Below the pieces are notes generated by a model, which was given only the letters and a program-made list of their open reading frames with translations, had not been told where the DNA came from and ran no database searches. 64,000 nt of DNA, taken from positions 31,013 through 95,012 of the forward strand of contig CAMYLR010000008.1 of the NCBI GenBank assembly GCA_947259315.1, read 5' to 3'. The DNA comes from an uncultured Gemmatimonadales bacterium. Lineage in GTDB: Bacteria; Gemmatimonadota; Gemmatimonadetes; JACCXV01; JAHWKZ01. This document shows, in pieces, positions 47,275 through 58,057 of the stretch (its first letter is position 1; every line of letters begins with the position of its first letter). The translations under genes were made by a program, and so were the position numbers.

Positions 47275-48054
47275 TCAAGCAGCGACTTCGGCGGCGGCCG
47301 CGGCGATCACGGCGAAATCGTGCGCGTCTAGACTCGCTCCACCGACCAAGGCGCCATCGATGTCGGGTTGGCCCAGCAGCTCAGCCGCATTGTCAGGCTT
47401 CACGCTGCCGCCATACAAAATCGGCATCGCCGATGCGATCGATGGTGACGCGATCGAAGCAACGGCGTCGCGTATCGTCGCGTGCATCTGCTGCGCATCC
47501 GCGGGAGCAGCCGTGCGCCCCGTGCCGATCGCCCAAACCGGCTCGTATGCCAGCGCGAGACGGCTGTATTCATCGCGCGATAGTCCGTCGATCGCTCGCG
47601 AGAGCTGGCCAAGCACGACCGCTTGCTGCCGGCCGGCTTCCCTCTCTTCGAGAGTCTCACCGACACACAACATCGGATCGAGGCCGGCACTCAATACGGC
47701 AACGACCTTTTTCGCGCACTGTGCGTCCGTCTCGCCACAAAGCTGACGACGCTCCGAATGACCGACCAGGACCAACTCCGCGCCAGCTGCAGCTAGCATC
47801 CTGGGGGCAACCTCGCCGGTGTAAGCGCCCTCCGATTCCCAATGACAGTTCTGGCCCCCTACCTGAGCCCGCTTGGCGACCGCCTCTACCACCGCGGGGA
47901 TCAACACCGCAGCCGGAAAGAACACCAGCCGAACGCCGGTGCCCGCGTCCGGCAGCGCGTCATAGAAGGAGCTCATATACGTACCCACATCGGCGATCGT
48001 CTTGTACATCTTCCAGTTGGCGGCGACGATGGTGGGCCGGCTTGACGCGCTCAC
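47275..48054 (-). CDS. tpiA: Triosephosphate isomerase
   Basis: AANWKM, VGHSERR, AYEPVWAIGTG and GGSVKP. Confidence 0.9.
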   Translation of the reverse strand: MSASSRPTIVAANWKMYKTIADVGTYMSSFYDALPDAGTGVRLVFFPAAVLIPAVVEAVAKRAQVGGQNCHWESEGAYTGEVAPRMLAAAGAELVLVGHSERRQLCGETDAQCAKKVVAVLSAGLDPMLCVGETLEEREAGRQQAVVLGQLSRAIDGLSRDEYSRLALAYEPVWAIGTGRTAAPADAQQMHATIRDAVASIASPSIASAMPILYGGSVKPDNAAELLGQPDIDGALVGGASLDAHDFAVIAAAAAEVAA

Positions 48055-49283
48055 GCGGCGCTCCTTTCGGTCGCTGGGTCCAACACCTCGATCCCCGGTA
48101 AGGTGGCCCCAGAAACAAGCTTGAGCGCTGCTCCGCCACCCGTCGAGACGTGACTGACACTACCCGCTAGACCGCCGCGCTCGAGTGCCGCGATCGAGTC
48201 ACCACCACCAATGACCGTATAAGCCCCACGAGAGGTGACATCAGCCAGCCCCTTCGCCACCGCCAACGTCCCGGCATCAAATGGTGGTGTTTCGAAGACT
48301 CCCAGCGGACCGTTCCAGAAGACGGTACGCGCTCCCTTCAGCGCATTGACAATCGCCCCAACCGAGGCGGGGCCGATATCAAGAATCTTGCGATCCGGTG
48401 GCACCGCGTCTGAAGACACGGTTTCGCGTTTCGCATTCGCGTCCAAGTCGGCCGCCACGACCGCGTCGGCTGGCAACAGCAGCACGTCCGGGTATCGATC
48501 CAGGATCTGGCGTGCCGACTCGACACGGTCGGGCTCAACCAATGAGTCACCGACTTCTGCACCGGTAGCGAGCAGGAACGTGTTCGCCATTCCGCCGCCC
48601 AGGCAGACGCAGTCGCATCTGTCGGCGAGCTCGTCAACGATCTCCAGCTTGCCAGCGATCTTGGCCCCGCCGAGTACCGCCACGAATGGCCGTTCTGGCT
48701 CCAGCAGTCGATGAAATGCGTTCAGCTCGCGCTCAACGAGTTGACCCGCAACCCGCGGGCTCAGATGGTCGGTGACCCCAACCGTTGAGGCGTGCGCGCG
48801 GTGGCAAGTCCCAAAGGCGTCCTGGACGAAAAGCTGGCCAAAACGCGCCAGAAGGGCGGCAAAACCGGAATCATTGGCGGTCTCACCGGATTCGAAACGA
48901 AGGTTCTCGAGCAGGAACACGTCACCGGGTTGACCCATGCGGACCAGCTTCAGGGCGCGCTCGTCGAACGGCTCCGAGAGAAAAATGATGCGTCGTCCGA
49001 GCAACTCCTCGAGGCATCGCGCCACCGGAGCCAACGACAGCTCAGCTCGCCGTTCGCCACCCGGTCGTCCCAAATGACTGACCAGTACAACCGTCGCGCC
49101 GCGCTGGGTGAGTTCGGTCACCGTCGGCAGAGTAGCTCGAATTCGAGCGTCGCTAGCCACTCGCAGGTTGTCGCCCTGACCCTCCAGCGGAACGTTGAAG
49201 TCGACTCGTACCAGCGCTCGCCGACCGTTCACTTCCTCGGGCTTGAGGTCACCAACCGTGCGGCGTGTCAGGACGGTACCCAC
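48051..49283 (-). CDS. pgk: Phosphoglycerate kinase
   Basis: RVDFNVPL and a hinge/ATP-binding GGGA region. Confidence 0.95.
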   Translation of the reverse strand: MGTVLTRRTVGDLKPEEVNGRRALVRVDFNVPLEGQGDNLRVASDARIRATLPTVTELTQRGATVVLVSHLGRPGGERRAELSLAPVARCLEELLGRRIIFLSEPFDERALKLVRMGQPGDVFLLENLRFESGETANDSGFAALLARFGQLFVQDAFGTCHRAHASTVGVTDHLSPRVAGQLVERELNAFHRLLEPERPFVAVLGGAKIAGKLEIVDELADRCDCVCLGGGMANTFLLATGAEVGDSLVEPDRVESARQILDRYPDVLLLPADAVVAADLDANAKRETVSSDAVPPDRKILDIGPASVGAIVNALKGARTVFWNGPLGVFETPPFDAGTLAVAKGLADVTSRGAYTVIGGGDSIAALERGGLAGSVSHVSTGGGAALKLVSGATLPGIEVLDPATERSAA

Positions 49284-49291
49284 GTTCGATC

Positions 49292-50290
49292 CTAGAGAAA
49301 CTTGCCGAGGTACCGGGCCAAATCGACAAGCCGCGTGGCGTAACCCATCTCGTTGTCATACCAGGCCAACACTTTGAGCAGCGTCCCATCAATCACCGAC
49401 GTTGACAGCGCGTCCACGGTCGCCGACTCGGTCGTCGATACGTAGTCGACCGAAACCAGTGGCTCGTCACTGACCTTCAGCACGCCGGCCAACCGACCCT
49501 TTGCTGCTTCGCGGAAGGCGGCGTTGATCTGCTCCGCATCGGTCGCACGTTCGACCTCGACGGTCAAGTCGACCAGCGACACGTCCGGGGTCGGGACACG
49601 GATCGCCATACCGTCGATCTTCCCCGTCAACTCGGGAAGCACTATCGCCGCCGCCTTGGCTGCGCCGGTTGTCGTCGGGATCATCGAGAGCGCCCCGGCG
49701 CGCGCCCGTCGCAGATCTTTGCTGGGGGTATCGAGCATGTTCTGGCTGGCCGTGTAGGCGTGGGTCGTCGTCATCAATCCGTGTACCCAACCCGCCGTAT
49801 CCATGATCACCTTGGCAACCGGGCTCACACAGTTAGTGGTGCACGACGCGTTCGAGATCACGTCGTGGCTGGCTTCGAGACGATCCTCGTTGACGCCCAT
49901 CACAACCATGATGTCGCAATCCTTACCCGGCGCGGAGATGATCACCTTCCGGGCGCCGGCCGCTAGATGTTGGACAGCCTTGTCGCGATCGCGGAAGAGA
50001 CCGGTCGATTCGATCACCACGTCGACCCCCATATCACCCCACGGCAACTTGGCCGGGTCTGGCTCCGAAACGACCTCGATTACGTCGTCTCCGACATGAA
50101 GCTTCCCATTTTCGGCCCGAGCATCAACGCCAAGCCGACCGTGAACCGAATCGTATTTCAGCAAGTGAGCTAGCGTGGTGGCGTCAGTCAGATCGTTGAC
50201 CGCCACCAGATCGAGATCTCGCTCAGTTCGTCGCAGTGACCGATACGCGATGCGGCCAATACGGCCGAACCCGTTGATGGCGAGACGCAT
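49292..50290 (-). CDS. gap: Glyceraldehyde-3-phosphate dehydrogenase (type I)
   Basis: INGFGRIGR and the ASCTTNC active site. Confidence 0.95.
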   Translation of the reverse strand: MRLAINGFGRIGRIAYRSLRRTERDLDLVAVNDLTDATTLAHLLKYDSVHGRLGVDARAENGKLHVGDDVIEVVSEPDPAKLPWGDMGVDVVIESTGLFRDRDKAVQHLAAGARKVIISAPGKDCDIMVVMGVNEDRLEASHDVISNASCTTNCVSPVAKVIMDTAGWVHGLMTTTHAYTASQNMLDTPSKDLRRARAGALSMIPTTTGAAKAAAIVLPELTGKIDGMAIRVPTPDVSLVDLTVEVERATDAEQINAAFREAAKGRLAGVLKVSDEPLVSVDYVSTTESATVDALSTSVIDGTLLKVLAWYDNEMGYATRLVDLARYLGKFL

Positions 50291-50360
50291 CCTGGACCTC
50301 CGTGTGATTGGGGATCGATGACATCAGAACGAAATCTAGAAAGGTGTGACCGGCCGTAAG

Positions 50361-51083
50361 TTATCCGGCGTTTCGATCGGTGGCGAGGGCGAACGTCACG
50401 CCGACGACACGGCCAGTGCCGCCGACGATCAGCGCACTGGCAGCGGCGTGGAGCGTGGCTCCGCTCGTGGCGACGTCATCGATCAGACCAACCGTCGCAC
50501 TCGACTCGAACGACCTTCGGCGCGCGAACGCGCCGCTCACGTTGGCAACGCGATCGGCCCGGCCAAGCCCAACCTGTGGCGGCGTTGTTCGCGATCTCTC
50601 GAGCGCGTTGACGACCGGACGATCGATCCTCATCGCCAACCGGTCGGCGATCAGCCGAGCTTGGTTGAACCCGCGTTCACGGTACCTGAGGGGATGAAGC
50701 GGCACCGGCACGAGGAGGTCGGGTTGGTGACCTCGAAGTCGGATCGTGTCGGCCATCTTCTCGGCGCATATGTCCGCCAGGTGACGCCAGCCGCCATACT
50801 TGATCGCCCGCACGATCGCTTCCGCCACGCCCTGATAGCGAACGGCAGCGACCGCGGTGAGCTCCGCCGGCCAGTCGCTACACCGCCAGCAGACCATCGC
50901 TCGATGCGCCAGGACCAACCCGCAGCGGGCGCAACGTGGATCCCCGAGCGGTTCCAGCCGCGAAATGCACAGGCTGCACACGGCGGGACGGGCGAATGCG
51001 AGGCGATCGTCACAGTGAACGCACCGCGGGGGCAACAGCAAGTCCGTGGCGAACTCGACGACCCCCGCTAAGATGTTGTCCAA
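50361..51083 (-). CDS. ComF-family protein (double zinc ribbon + phosphoribosyltransferase domain)
   Basis: CVHCDDR...CSLC...CARCG...CWRCS zinc ribbons. PRTase motif LIDDVATSGATL. Confidence 0.75.
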   Translation of the reverse strand: MDNILAGVVEFATDLLLPPRCVHCDDRLAFARPAVCSLCISRLEPLGDPRCARCGLVLAHRAMVCWRCSDWPAELTAVAAVRYQGVAEAIVRAIKYGGWRHLADICAEKMADTIRLRGHQPDLLVPVPLHPLRYRERGFNQARLIADRLAMRIDRPVVNALERSRTTPPQVGLGRADRVANVSGAFARRRSFESSATVGLIDDVATSGATLHAAASALIVGGTGRVVGVTFALATDRNAG

Positions 51084-51128
51084 TAAGGGTATCCCCCGCC
51101 TCAGATGGGAGGGGTTTTTGACTGACGA

Positions 51129-51596
51129 CTAGCTGCCGGGGAGGGTCAGACGGGGGAATTGGCTGGAGAGCGTGGCCAGATAGCGACTGCGCTCATCGCC
51201 GCTCAGGATCGAAACCAGCCTTTCGAGCCAGTGCTCCGCAGCCTCCATCCGCTCGGTGAAGTAGTTGGCCGCTACCAACCCCAAGTACGCGAGACGGATC
51301 CCATCGTCCAACTCGATCGCCCGCTCGAACGCTCCGATCGCGTTTCCGTAGTCACCGAGGTGCAAGTACGAGCCACCGAGTAGCGCGTGCGCGTTGCCGT
51401 GTTGAGGCTTGAGCTCGACGACGCGACGAAAAAGCGGAACTGCGTCCTCGTACCGCCCTTCCACATACAGCTCGCCAGCCAACACGTACAACGAATCCGC
51501 TTCGTCGGTGAAGACGGTTTCGGCACCTGCCGCGGAGTGCGTGGCAAACAGCATGCCGATAACGATCAACCCTAAAGATGCAATCCGAACTGGCAA
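51129..51596 (-). CDS. Secreted TPR-repeat protein
   Basis: Signal peptide (LGLIVIGMLFATHSAAGAE) and TPR-like repeats (GRYEDAVPLFRRVVELKPQHGNAHALLG). Confidence 0.6.
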   Translation of the reverse strand: MPVRIASLGLIVIGMLFATHSAAGAETVFTDEADSLYVLAGELYVEGRYEDAVPLFRRVVELKPQHGNAHALLGGSYLHLGDYGNAIGAFERAIELDDGIRLAYLGLVAANYFTERMEAAEHWLERLVSILSGDERSRYLATLSSQFPRLTLPGS

Positions 51597-51680
51597 AGAA
51601 TCGGTCCTCGAGATTGTGAGTTTGGGGAGTTGGGGTACTGGATTTGTAACACTGAACCTTAACTAATTGTGCTCGATTCG

Positions 51681-52160
51681 TCAACCGTTCGACAACCGTC
51701 GAAGATGCTTCTCCACAAAGCTTTCGAGGCAAACCCGGATCTCTTCAAATGCAATCTCGTAAGCTCTGCGACCCCACCCAATGGGATCCCCGACACCATG
51801 ACCGATCTGACCGGTGGGATCGAATTCCGTTATCACTCGAGCATCTGCGGTGTCGTCGAGCGCCAGTACACGCGCCACATGGCCGTGCGACATGCCAAGG
51901 ACAATGTCAGCCCACTGGACGAGCTCGACGGTTAGCGGGCGTGCTTGGTGACCCGACAAGTCGAGTCCCGCTTCCGCGGCGATCGCTTGCGATTCCGGAT
52001 GTGCTGGCCAGCCAGCAGTGGCGTGGGTACCGGCTGAACCAACCTCGATATCGATCCCCGCTTCCTGGGTCAGACGACTCAGCAGGGCCTCGGCTATAGG
52101 CGTTCGGCAGGTATTGCCGGTGCACACAACCAGCACACGATAAGGACGCGACGCAGTCAT
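51681..52160 (-). CDS. Low-molecular-weight protein-tyrosine phosphatase / arsenate-reductase-fold protein
   Basis: VLVVCTGNTCRTPIAEAL (CX5R P-loop) and a DP motif. Confidence 0.8.
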   Translation of the reverse strand: MTASRPYRVLVVCTGNTCRTPIAEALLSRLTQEAGIDIEVGSAGTHATAGWPAHPESQAIAAEAGLDLSGHQARPLTVELVQWADIVLGMSHGHVARVLALDDTADARVITEFDPTGQIGHGVGDPIGWGRRAYEIAFEEIRVCLESFVEKHLRRLSNG

Positions 52161-52218
52161 CGAACTAAGGTCGCCCGCCTCCGGCCGCTCTGCAATACTC
52201 GCACCAGTTGTTCCTCAC

Positions 52219-52878
52219 CTACACTCGAATGTCCGGCCGGATGGCGCGGAGTTCGGTTACGCCGATCGCACCCTCGCGCACGAGACGTGGTAGCTCCTCG
52301 GTAACGTCCACGATCGAAGACGGATCAACCGTGACGGATTGAACAGTCTCCGGTCGTGTCGCTGTCAACGCGACCCCGATCGCACTGGCTCGGGGCGCCT
52401 TCGACAGTTGCTGTACCGCGACCTCAACGGACGTTGACGGCGGTACACCGCGACGATTGGCGCTAGTCGAGAACAGCGGTCCGCCCCAGGCGGTGACCAG
52501 CCGTCGTGACACCGGATCGACGGCCGGTCGCATCGCCAGTTTGTCGTCGACCGTGACCGCAGCGGGCGCACCCTCCGCGGCGACCACGATCAACGTCAGC
52601 GGACCAGGCCACAGGGCTGTGGCTAGCTCTTCTGCTGCGGCGTTCCACGCTGCCGCCGACGATCGGGCGGTTGCCGCGTCTTTCACCAGGCACACGAAGG
52701 GACGCGGTTTGCGGTAGCCTTTGATCCGGCGCGCCGCATCAACGGCTCCGGTATGGTGGGGATCGCCGCTGAGACTGGTGACTGTCTCCGTGGGATGGAT
52801 GACGAGCCGGCCCTCGCCCAGCACTCGAGTCGCCGCCGCGATCCCGTCGTCATCCGCCGGTTCTATCGCGATCGTCAA
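52219..52878 (-). CDS. tsaC: L-threonylcarbamoyladenylate synthase (YrdC/Sua5 domain)
   Basis: VIHPTETV, WPGPLTLI and STSANRRG. Confidence 0.8.
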   Translation of the reverse strand: MTIAIEPADDDGIAAATRVLGEGRLVIHPTETVTSLSGDPHHTGAVDAARRIKGYRKPRPFVCLVKDAATARSSAAAWNAAAEELATALWPGPLTLIVVAAEGAPAAVTVDDKLAMRPAVDPVSRRLVTAWGGPLFSTSANRRGVPPSTSVEVAVQQLSKAPRASAIGVALTATRPETVQSVTVDPSSIVDVTEELPRLVREGAIGVTELRAIRPDIRV

Positions 52879-52890
52879 TCGATGTGAGGG

Positions 52891-54348
52891 TCAAACACGG
52901 ACATCATCCGCCATCTCCAGCTCTCCCGGATACGACTCGAGTCGTGGCCGAACGACCTCCCGAACGAAGCGCCGCGTCTGCTCCGGCGCTCGTCCAACCA
53001 GGGCTGCAGGGTCGGAAGCAGCCTGCCACGCCGCAGACGGCAACTCGGCAAAACCCTGTTCGCTCGCCAATCGCGTCAAGAGATCGTTCGCACCTCCCAC
53101 CGCCACCTGATCGGCCGCCTCGCGCGCAAGAACCCGAATTCGTTCGTGAAGCGCCTGACGATCACCACCCGCAGCGACCGCCGCCATCAACAGATTCTCG
53201 CTCGCCATCGCCGGGATCTCATCAGCCAGATGACGGGCGATTACCGTTTCCGAGACCTCGAGGCCCGTAGCCACGCTGTAGTAAAGAACCAGCAACGCAT
53301 CGATCGCCAGGTATAACTCCGGTATCGCGATCCGCTTGTTGGCGGAATCGTCGAGCGAGCGCTCGAGCCATTGCGTTGCCGCCGTATGAGCGAGGTTGGC
53401 TCCGGTTTGGATGGCCAGTCTCGATAATCCGCTGATGCGCTCGGCTCGCATCGGGTTTCGCTTGTACGCCATCGCCGATGACCCAACCTGTCGCTCCCCG
53501 AACGGCTCGAGGACCTCGCCGAGATGCTGCAGGAGCCGCATGTCGTAACTGAACTTGCTCGCGGATTGAGCGACCCCGGTCAGCGTGGCGGCCCACGCCG
53601 AGTCGACTCGTCGAGAGTACGTCTGCCCAGTGATTGGAAACGCGCCTGCCGCGTCGAGCTTTTCCACGACCGCGTTTTCGAGCGCGTCAACTTTGTCCGC
53701 GTCGCCACCGGTCAGCGCCAGAAACGAGGCTTGAGTCCCGGTGGTCCCCTTGATGCCCCGGAGTCGAAAGCTGTCCAGCCGATACCCGATCTCGTCGAGA
53801 TCGAACATGAGGTCGGCGATCCACATGCACGCACGCTTTCCGACGGTCGTCGGCTGAGCGGGCTGGAAGTGAGTCCACGACAGCGTAGGTCGATCGGCGT
53901 GTGTCTCCGCGAATTCTGCCAGTGCTTTGACAACGCAGAGCGTTTTCCGCTCGACCACACGCAGCGCTTCGCGCATGATCAGCAAGTCACCATTGTCGAC
54001 CACGAAAGCGCTGGTCGCACCCAGGTGTATCACCCCTGCCGCTTGTGGGGCTGCCTCCCCATAGGTATGAACGTGAGCCATCACGTCGTGACGCAGCTCT
54101 CGCTCGAGATCGCCAGCGCGATCGAAATCGATGCGGTCGATCGCCTCTTTCAAGGCGACAACCTGCTCGGTGGTGACACCGCCGACACCGAGCTCGGCCT
54201 GAGACTCGGCAAGCGCGATCCAGATCTGCCGCCACGTCCGGACCCGGCGGCGAGCAGAGAAGAGAGCCGCCATCTCGTCGCTCGCATACCGTTCGAGAAG
54301 TGGGTGCTCGAACCGGCTCCCCTGATCCTGGGGCGTAGAACTGCTCAA
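52891..54348 (-). CDS. purB: Adenylosuccinate lyase
   Basis: Fumarase/ASL fold with the signature GSSAMAYKRNP. Confidence 0.9.
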   Translation of the reverse strand: MSSSTPQDQGSRFEHPLLERYASDEMAALFSARRRVRTWRQIWIALAESQAELGVGGVTTEQVVALKEAIDRIDFDRAGDLERELRHDVMAHVHTYGEAAPQAAGVIHLGATSAFVVDNGDLLIMREALRVVERKTLCVVKALAEFAETHADRPTLSWTHFQPAQPTTVGKRACMWIADLMFDLDEIGYRLDSFRLRGIKGTTGTQASFLALTGGDADKVDALENAVVEKLDAAGAFPITGQTYSRRVDSAWAATLTGVAQSASKFSYDMRLLQHLGEVLEPFGERQVGSSAMAYKRNPMRAERISGLSRLAIQTGANLAHTAATQWLERSLDDSANKRIAIPELYLAIDALLVLYYSVATGLEVSETVIARHLADEIPAMASENLLMAAVAAGGDRQALHERIRVLAREAADQVAVGGANDLLTRLASEQGFAELPSAAWQAASDPAALVGRAPEQTRRFVREVVRPRLESYPGELEMADDVRV

Positions 54349-54794
54349 GCGCCGGGTGGTTTGGAGGCCCGACCCAGAATTCTCAACGCGAGATGAGCGG
54401 CGTTGGCTCCGTTGTCGATCCCCACCGTAGCGACCGGCACGCCGGGCGGCATCATGGCGATCGCCAACAGTGCATCCGCTCCACGCAGTGGACCTGCGCC
54501 GACTGGTAGTCCGATGACCGGCAGTGTGGTGTGTGCAGCCACGACACCGGGTAACGCCGCCGCCAGGCCCGCAGCTGCGATAACGACCCGAAAACCATCC
54601 TCGGCGGCGCGACCGGCCAGGTCGGCGACACGGTCCGGATTGCGGTGAGCTGAGGCGATCTCGAAACGGTACCCCACGTTCGCTGCCTGCAGAACCTTTT
54701 CGGCCTTGGCAACGATATCGCGATCGGACTCCGACCCGGCCAGGATCAACACTTCAGGATTATCTGCGTTCGTTCCGCTGGCCATCGCCATCAA
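54345..54794 (-). CDS. purE: N5-carboxyaminoimidazole ribonucleotide mutase
   Basis: ILAGSESD, AAGLAAALPGVVAAHTTLPVIGLP. Confidence 0.85.
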   Translation of the reverse strand: MMAMASGTNADNPEVLILAGSESDRDIVAKAEKVLQAANVGYRFEIASAHRNPDRVADLAGRAAEDGFRVVIAAAGLAAALPGVVAAHTTLPVIGLPVGAGPLRGADALLAIAMMPPGVPVATVGIDNGANAAHLALRILGRASKPPGA

Positions 54795-55687
54795 TCAATC
54801 CACTCGTGAAAGTCGTCTCCGATGACGCCGCGTTGCTTGTAGCGCAACATGGCGTCCTGACAAGAGCAGGCAAAGGGAGTGTCCGGAATGGCGTCAAGCA
54901 GACTCCACGTGATTTCTGGAATCCGGTTGACGGCTTCATCCGACCGCTTCCGACGTTCCGTATCATCTACCTCGCCGCCCACCCCCTCGGCGAAAGCCGT
55001 CACGTAAGCGATCGGGTGGTAACAGATCTCTAGCTCGCGTGCCAGGAATGCTTCTGGCGCCAGCGTCATACCAACCAGCTCCGCTCCCAGTTGGCGCAGC
55101 ATCTTCACCTCCGCCGGTGTCTCCAGCCGCGGGCCTTCCATCACCGCGTACACGGCTCCACTCGCTACAGGCGTTCCATACTCTCCTAACACGCTTTCGG
55201 AGGCTTTCTCCAGCGTCGGGCAAAAGACGGGTTCTTGCCTTAGCAAACCGATGCCCTTGTTCTCAAAGAACGTGCGCGAACGATTCCGCGTCATGTCGAG
55301 CAAGTCGCCCGGAAGCACGAAATCTCCGATCTCCAGACTCGGAGTAAGCGACCCGGGACCCGTCCAAGCGATGATCCTCCGCACGCCCAACTCCTTCAGC
55401 GCCCACACGTTGGCGCGGTAGTTCACAAACGGCGCCGACACCCTGTACTGCCCCTCCCCATGCCGTGGCAGCACGTAGAACCGCCGGCCCTGATGCTCCA
55501 TGAACAGAATCGGCATCGAGCACCCGAACGGGGTTTCCTTGACCAACATGTCGGTAATAGTCCCCAACCGCTGCCGCGCGAGTCGGTACACCTTACCGCC
55601 AGCGATAAACGCGATCTCGCTGTGTTGCTCTTCGTATGCGCGGGAAAGCAGTTGCGGGAAAGCATCGGGCTTTGACTCGGGTGTCAC
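54791..55687 (-). CDS. mtnP: S-methyl-5'-thioadenosine phosphorylase family (PNP/MTAP), with a Cys-containing C-terminal extension
   Basis: SAPFVNYRANVWALKELGV, VGMTLAPEAFLARELEICY. Confidence 0.8.
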   Translation of the reverse strand: MTPESKPDAFPQLLSRAYEEQHSEIAFIAGGKVYRLARQRLGTITDMLVKETPFGCSMPILFMEHQGRRFYVLPRHGEGQYRVSAPFVNYRANVWALKELGVRRIIAWTGPGSLTPSLEIGDFVLPGDLLDMTRNRSRTFFENKGIGLLRQEPVFCPTLEKASESVLGEYGTPVASGAVYAVMEGPRLETPAEVKMLRQLGAELVGMTLAPEAFLARELEICYHPIAYVTAFAEGVGGEVDDTERRKRSDEAVNRIPEITWSLLDAIPDTPFACSCQDAMLRYKQRGVIGDDFHEWID

Positions 55688-56484
55688 ACGCCGTCAGTGC
55701 GCGATGTGTCGCGACCCAGCATGCTGGCCTCGACTCCAGCCAGCCGGTCGAGCGCGTCAAGCGCTGCCTCCTTTTCAGCTTCCTTTTTCGTACGACCCCA
55801 ACCGGATCCCAACGGCTCTCCTTCGAGCCAAACTTGACACCGGAAGTTTATATCCGCGCGATCGCTGCCTGGAGCGGCTTGAGCACGGTTTGTACGGTAG
55901 GTCAGTTGACCCCGACCGAGCTCGTGAATCATCTCCTGGAGCCGGTTCTTGGCGGTGTGGAATCCGCCTTCGAACTCGATGTCCCGCGACAGGATGCTCT
56001 GCTCGATGAAACGCTTGGCGACCCCGAAGCCGCCATCCAAGTATAGCGCGCCGATCACCGATTCCAGTGAATCTGCCGCGATCTTCCGACGCCCACCACC
56101 TTCGAGGAGGTTCTGGTCATCGCCGGTCTGTACGCAATCAGGCAACCCGATCGCCTCAGAAGCTCGCGCCAGAAACCGCCTCGAGATGATGTGCGCTCGC
56201 TGCTGCGACAGCATTCCTTCCTGGGCTTCAGGGTGACGTGCGAACAGCCAGTCGCTGACGACCAGGTTCAGGACCGAGTCACCGAGAAATTCCATCCGCT
56301 CGTACGACTCGCCACGACTATCCGAATTCAGCAAGAACGATGGGTGTGTTGTGGCTCGACCCAACAAATCTCGATTCTTGAACTCGTGGTCGAGCACGTG
56401 TTCAAGCAGTCTGAGCCGGTCCTCGCGCTCCTTCGACCGTGCGAAACCGCCCAAGAATCGACGGATCCGGCCGCGCAGCCTCAC
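55684..56484 (-). CDS. rnc: Ribonuclease III
   Basis: ERMEFLGDSVLNLVVSDWLF (RNase III signature) plus a C-terminal dsRBD. Confidence 0.9.
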   Translation of the reverse strand: MRLRGRIRRFLGGFARSKEREDRLRLLEHVLDHEFKNRDLLGRATTHPSFLLNSDSRGESYERMEFLGDSVLNLVVSDWLFARHPEAQEGMLSQQRAHIISRRFLARASEAIGLPDCVQTGDDQNLLEGGGRRKIAADSLESVIGALYLDGGFGVAKRFIEQSILSRDIEFEGGFHTAKNRLQEMIHELGRGQLTYRTNRAQAAPGSDRADINFRCQVWLEGEPLGSGWGRTKKEAEKEAALDALDRLAGVEASMLGRDTSRTDGV

Positions 56485-56487
56485 GAG

Positions 56488-57729
56488 CTATTCCTCGAAG
56501 CGCTTGACTGCGAGGGTTGCGTTGTGACCTCCAAAGCCAAAGGAGTTGGTCAACGCCCCTATCACACTGGCCTCGCGCATCTCGTTAGGGACGTAATCGA
56601 GATCACACTCGGGGTCCGGAAACTCATAGTTGATGGTCGGGGGAACTTTGCCGGTCGCCAACACCATCGTGGTGACCACGAACTCGAGTCCGCCGGCCCC
56701 TCCCAGAAGATGCCCTGTCATCGACTTCGTTGAACCGACCAGAATCTCCAAAGCGTGGTCGCCAAAGACCGTCTTGATGGCTTGTGTTTCGTACGCGTCG
56801 TTGAGCGGCGTAGATGTGCCATGAGCGTTGATATAGCCGATTTCGGTGGGATCCAGACCGGCTTCATCGATCGCGCGCTTCATCGCCCGAGCGGCGCCCT
56901 CACCTTGCGGCGCCGGAGCGGTTATGTGGTGTGCGTCAGCGGTCATCCCAACGCCGACAACCTCACCGTAGATACGAGCTCCGCGGTCGCGCGCGTGGTC
57001 CAGCTCTTCGAGAATCGCCATCCCTGCGCCTTCACCGAGCACGAATCCATCTCTTTCCGCATCAAATGGCCGGCATGCGCGCTCGGGCTCGTCGTTTCTG
57101 GTCGACATCGCCTTCATGGCCGCGAACCCACCGATCGACATCTCCGTCACCGCGGCCTCTGACCCACCCGCAATCATGATCTCGCCGTCGCCATGTTTGA
57201 TCAGACGGAACGCATCGCCGATCGCGTGCGCGCTGGATGCACATGCAGAGACGGTACAGTAGTTCGGTCCTTTGGCCCCATAACGCATAGAGACAACGCC
57301 GCTGGCCATGTCTGGAATCATCATCGGGATATAGAACGGGCTTATTCTCGAAGGCCCCCCCTCGAGATAGCGGCGGTTTTGAGTTTCATGCGTAGCGATC
57401 CCCCCGATTCCCGACCCGATGATCACGCCGACACGCGTCTGATCCTCGGTGTTCATGTCGATACCACTATCGGCCAGCGCCATATCCGAAGTCGCTACAG
57501 CGAGCTGAGTAAACAGGTCTTGCCGGCGGATCTCTTTTTTATGAATGAACGCCTCAGGATCGAAATCCTGGACCTCGGCTGCTATCTGGGTGGCAAAAAG
57601 ACCTGGATCGAACCGGGTAATACGGCGCACTCCACCCTGGCCCCGCAGGAGTGCGTCCCACGACGACTCCAGGTCATTGCCCAGCGCCGTGACAAGCCCC
57701 ATTCCGGTGACGACCACACGGCGTCCCAT
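56488..57729 (-). CDS. fabF: 3-oxoacyl-ACP synthase II
   Basis: Active-site Cys (TVSACASSAH) and a His/His pair (NAHGTST, GHLLGGAG). Confidence 0.95.
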   Translation of the reverse strand: MGRRVVVTGMGLVTALGNDLESSWDALLRGQGGVRRITRFDPGLFATQIAAEVQDFDPEAFIHKKEIRRQDLFTQLAVATSDMALADSGIDMNTEDQTRVGVIIGSGIGGIATHETQNRRYLEGGPSRISPFYIPMMIPDMASGVVSMRYGAKGPNYCTVSACASSAHAIGDAFRLIKHGDGEIMIAGGSEAAVTEMSIGGFAAMKAMSTRNDEPERACRPFDAERDGFVLGEGAGMAILEELDHARDRGARIYGEVVGVGMTADAHHITAPAPQGEGAARAMKRAIDEAGLDPTEIGYINAHGTSTPLNDAYETQAIKTVFGDHALEILVGSTKSMTGHLLGGAGGLEFVVTTMVLATGKVPPTINYEFPDPECDLDYVPNEMREASVIGALTNSFGFGGHNATLAVKRFEE

Positions 57730-57763
57730 CAGGATACGGTGTCTCGATCTAAGGTGAGGTTTG

Positions 57764-58000
57764 CTACTCTTCGGTCTTGTTCTTTAAGTACGAAGTCGCT
57801 TCCCCAACAGTGGTGAGCTTCTCAGCGTCTTCATCTGGAATCTCGATGTCGAACTCCTCCTCGAATGCCATAACCAGCTCGACGGTGTCAAGCGAGTCAG
57901 CGCCCAGATCTTCGACAAAGGACGCATCAGCACTCACTTTCTCGCCGTCTACACCGAGGTTCTCGACGATGATCTCTTTCACCCGTGCCTCGACGGTCAT
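57764..58000 (-). CDS. acpP: Acyl carrier protein
   Basis: [19 protein letters not shown] phosphopantetheine site. Confidence 0.95.
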   Translation of the reverse strand: MTVEARVKEIIVENLGVDGEKVSADASFVEDLGADSLDTVELVMAFEEEFDIEIPDEDAEKLTTVGEATSYLKNKTEE

Positions 58001-58057
58001 CCAATCTCCTCCCTATACAGGTTGATCAGCTGCTTCGAAAGAATGAAGAGAGCGGTC